DNA from: Lytechinus pictus
Lineage: Eukaryota
DNA length: 64,000 nucleotides
Direction of reading: 5' to 3'
NCBI RefSeq assembly: GCF_037042905.1
Contig: NC_087251.1
Span: 6,326,001 to 6,390,000 of the forward strand
The notes under the pieces are model-generated. The model was given only the letters and a program-made list of their open reading frames with translations, was not told the DNA's origin and ran no database searches. The stretch's first letter is position 1, and every line of letters starts with the position of its first letter. Positions 60,801 through 64,000 of the stretch are shown here, one piece after another. Position numbers and translations under genes: made by a program.

Positions 60801-62595
60801 TAATTACACAAAATATTGTTTTTCTAAAGATATGTGGTTCTACTTTTTCAAACCTTTCTGCATTTCATGAAACCATATGGTTTGTCTTATTTTCCAGATT
60901 TTTTTGTGAACAACATGGTTTGTCTTATTTTCCAGATTTTTTTTTACAACTTGAAAAAAGTAAGGAGTTTCAATACTGTATATAAAAAAAATAAGTGATC
61001 ATCAAGGGAAGTCCAAATATGTAGATGATTGATATGTCATTTTTTTACATCTTATAATAATTCCACATTAGCATGCAAGAGGAAGTCATCTTCCATGCTA
61101 GGGTGAATCAATTATAAAGGTTTTCTTCTCATGCTCAATGACAAAGAAATTAACCTGCTCTGACCAGCGAAAATCAACAGTTTAGCTGAAGGGATTCACA
61201 AAAGTATACGCCTACATGAAATCAATAAATTAAAATGGTTAGAATCACCTATTTCATGTTCTATGGAGATAAAAAAGTACTTTTTCAGTTCACTTTATGT
61301 CAAATCAATAACTTGAATTAAAATAGGTCTACTATTTATAGTTTCTGAATCCAAATCCTGCAATTAAATGCATTATATATTGTGTCGTACGGGACAACTA
61401 TTAATAGGACAATTATTGAAAAATGAAGGGCAGTAATTAGATCCTTATGGGATTAATCGATCACCCATGGGTCAAAGATAGAGAAACTGATTTTGTGAAA
61501 TTGCATCATCAAAAATAAGATTGTAGGAAAAACTTGTGCATTTTCATGTGTCGTACGGGACATTGCCAAAAATAGGTTCGGAAAAATCAGGGCTGCCCCT
61601 ATTATGGATCATGAAAATGTTGTAGATATTATTTGGAACCATCAATGATACATTATTCCATTGACCTGCAATATTTTCAATCTTCTCGTGCTTTGCCAAT
61701 AATTGTTTCAGGCAGTGTTTGTACTTGACTATTTAATTAGCAAAATAATTGAAAATTGAAAATTCCATTGTTCCCCCCCAAAAAAACTATATCTGACTTC
61801 ACTTTTGATTAAAACTCATAATTTTCATAAAAAAAGGTATCATAGTAAAATATTACACTACTTATGACTTATTGAAAGCATGTTAAAATTTATGATATTT
61901 TTGAAGTTCTAGTGTGGAATCGCCCAAATACATAAGAAAAAATATTGAAACCACAATATTTTCAAGTAAGTTTGGTAAGAGTACTGCAAATAGTCAGAAT
62001 AAAAATTAGTATATTTGGAGTTTCACTTAGTGATTTAGAACAAAAATATATTAATTCCAGCATATAATCAGCATTAATAAGGATAAAACCTTGTTTAATT
62101 AAAGATAAAATGTGTTGAACTTGTATATGCTTTCTATATTTCTCTTGTTTACTACAAAGTCAAGCCTTGGGTTTAACTTTAAATGACTACTAACCACTCC
62201 TCTATTTTCAATACAGTAGTTGAAGTATCTGAAATTCAAACATCTCCTTATATAAGGTTGTTTCACAATGGGGTGCACATAATTTTCATTTAAACCACAG
62301 TTTAAGCTAAACGCATTGCTATTAGAAAAATCCTTAGTTTAGAATATGGATAAAAGTGTTCAGAAATTCTTGATTACTAAGACTTTTTTTGCACACCAAA
62401 CAACATCTTACCATTCATAGAATTGCAGCATTTTTGCAGGAATATTTCTGTAAGTATCTACAACATCCAGAAGGAGTATATCATTCTGATCCTCAGCCTC
62501 GGCTTGGAGAGCTTTTGTCTCATTGACAATCTTTGAATGCCATTTTGAAGATTGTTCTTCGCTTACATTCATCCAAACAGAGAGTTTATCAGGTT
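57684..62595 (-). CDS. B3GALNT2: UDP-GalNAc:beta-1,3-N-acetylgalactosaminyltransferase 2 (GT31); 5'-partial, last 4 coding exons
   Basis: Exons 62595-62412, 59519-59441, 58708-58521, 57888-57684, phase-compatible. Motifs DVVDTYRNIPAK, KTDDD, WWGQFR..GKWAE..YPSFACGSG, QGEDVSLGIWLAA, and C-terminal CGDPCGC. Confidence 0.93.
58521..58708 (-). CDS. B3GALNT2: B3GALNT2 exon
   Basis: tatgaag|AGC..AG|gtattt; LWWGQFRFGWSVEHHGKWAE..YPSFACGSG; acceptor less certain. Confidence 0.88.
59441..59519 (-). CDS. B3GALNT2: B3GALNT2 exon (DxD motif)
   Basis: ttacag|G..CAG|gtgagt; VVQSSNIQYVIKTDDDVYMNLDNIMQ. Confidence 0.93.
59775..61925. mobile_element. 2.15-kb non-autonomous TIR element with a 4-bp AAAT TSD (Sola-like), in a B3GALNT2 intron
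   Basis: aaat|GGGTGATTTCATA ... TGTGGAATCGCCC|aaat; ~7 dispersed TGTGTCGTACGGGAC motifs. Confidence 0.72.
62412..62595 (-). CDS. B3GALNT2: B3GALNT2 exon
   Basis: ttcttcag|AA..TG|gtaaga; ALQAEAEDQNDILLLDVVDTYRNIPAKMLQFYEW. Confidence 0.92.
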
Positions 62596-63640
62596 CTGAA
62601 GAATGGAAAGAGGGAGGATTTAAAATAATTGTATGTTCTTTTCATTGTGTTGCCAACAACTGACAAGAATTCAGAAAATGTCTGCAAGATTAACAGGGGT
62701 CTTAGGTGATCAAATAACATGCAATAACAAATGAAATAAAATAATTTTTTTAACATGACAGAAAATGTTTACTTCATTTTTTTAAAACTGATCATGGATT
62801 GAAGAATGGTTATTAAAAGGGACCATATAGTTATACTTGAAATGATTTTACTTACCATGAATATTGTAAATAAAGTTGCCTGAAACCAAAGCTTCTGTGC
62901 CTCTATCAAGTTTTTCAACTTTCTCAGGAAATTCTGAATTGTCCTCGCTATATCTGCTATACTGAATTCACAAGAAAACAATATGACAATGTTTGTTTGT
63001 TTAATATTGAAAAGAGGAAAAGAAGAGGTGTTATACAACAGCAAATAATCATTGCTTGGCTTGATATATTCCTCTAACTTGCACAGTTTTATGCATCATA
63101 CCTCTGTATGATATTGAAAATTTGCAAGTTCCTGATTTATTTTTGAAAAATGTAATACAATAATAACATGCTGTTTAATATGCACTTCAATGAAAAATCA
63201 AAAGAAACAGGAGATGCTTTCGAGCTGTCCACAATTATCAGCGAATTATGCAATTCAAATTCTCTACAGTATCGTTTCTATAGTACCCCATTTTTCATGA
63301 CTCAATGAAAGCTACATATTATCCAGATAATTATATACAGACGGATTGACGTGATAGAGCATGATGAATATCCTATGTTCAAGATAGAAAATAACATTTT
63401 TTTCGTTCAGAATAATGTACAAAATACATTCCATTATTCAACTCAATTTCTACAGATGTTTAATTAATGTATCGTATATAACATAAAATAACTCTCTAAG
63501 CAAACAAATACACTTCACAGACCTATGTATCAAGTATGTATTTACGAAATCTGAAATGCTTGATCATTATGAGCAATGAAGAATAAATCAACAGTACAAT
63601 CAATTATCAAGCTTTGTTTTATGGGTCCTTTGCCTTTCCA

Positions 63641-64000
63641 TTTATTAGATAATGTAAGATTCGCCAAGCTTTACCTGTTGTAGTTCTATAACACCCCCTT
63701 TTTATTGGATAATGTAAGATTCGCCAAGCTTTACCTGTTGTAGTTCTATAACACCCCCTTTTTATTGGATAATGTAAGATTCGCCAAGCTTTACCTGTTG
63801 TAGTTCTATAACACCCCCTTTTTATTGGATAATGTATGATTTGCCAAGCTTTACCTGTTGTAGTTCTATAACACCCCCTTTTTATTGGATAATGTATGAT
63901 TTGCCAAGCTTTACCTGTTGTAGTTCTATAACACCCCCTTTTTATTGGATAATGTAAGATTCACCAAGCGTTATCTGTTGAAGTTCTATAACACCCCCTT
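63641..64000 (+). repeat. 60-bp minisatellite, at least 6 copies, running off the window end
   Basis: TTTATTGGATAATGTAAGATTCGCCAAGCTTTACCTGTTGTAGTTCTATAACACCCCCTT repeated in register. Confidence 0.96.

Overview
AT-rich, repeat-dense animal genomic DNA with GT-AG introns. It is probably an invertebrate deuterostome such as a sea urchin; this is an inference from repeat types and protein divergence, not shown directly. Four spliced genes were rebuilt by hand. (1) SCYL1 (+, 16 coding exons, 767-16334; first exon lies upstream of the window). (2) A 3-exon, 126-aa helical gene (-, 22344-24226) with weak TEX12-like resemblance. (3) A 6-7 exon gene (+, 33001-44647 or 45496) encoding an N-terminal bHLH and a C-terminal HMG box, the architecture of the meiosis initiator MEIOSIN/BHMG1; the ORF track hides it because both domains are split across small exons. 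(4) The last four exons of B3GALNT2 (-, 57684-62595). Genes 2 and 3 lie head-to-head. They are separated by a 7.05-kb TIR element with an exact 8-bp TSD that holds two further nested elements, a ~30-bp minisatellite with E2F-like sites, repeated GCGAAGC mini-hairpin motifs and a ~0.9-kb polypyrimidine tract. Other repeats: a dead IR/DR Tc1, an L2-type LINE 3' end, a tRNA-derived SINE, four Helentron-associated (HINE-like) tandem-array elements carrying DR1 motifs, many MITEs, and three long hairpins with strand-specific tandem G.A mismatches. All identifications come from motif recognition; no database searches were run.
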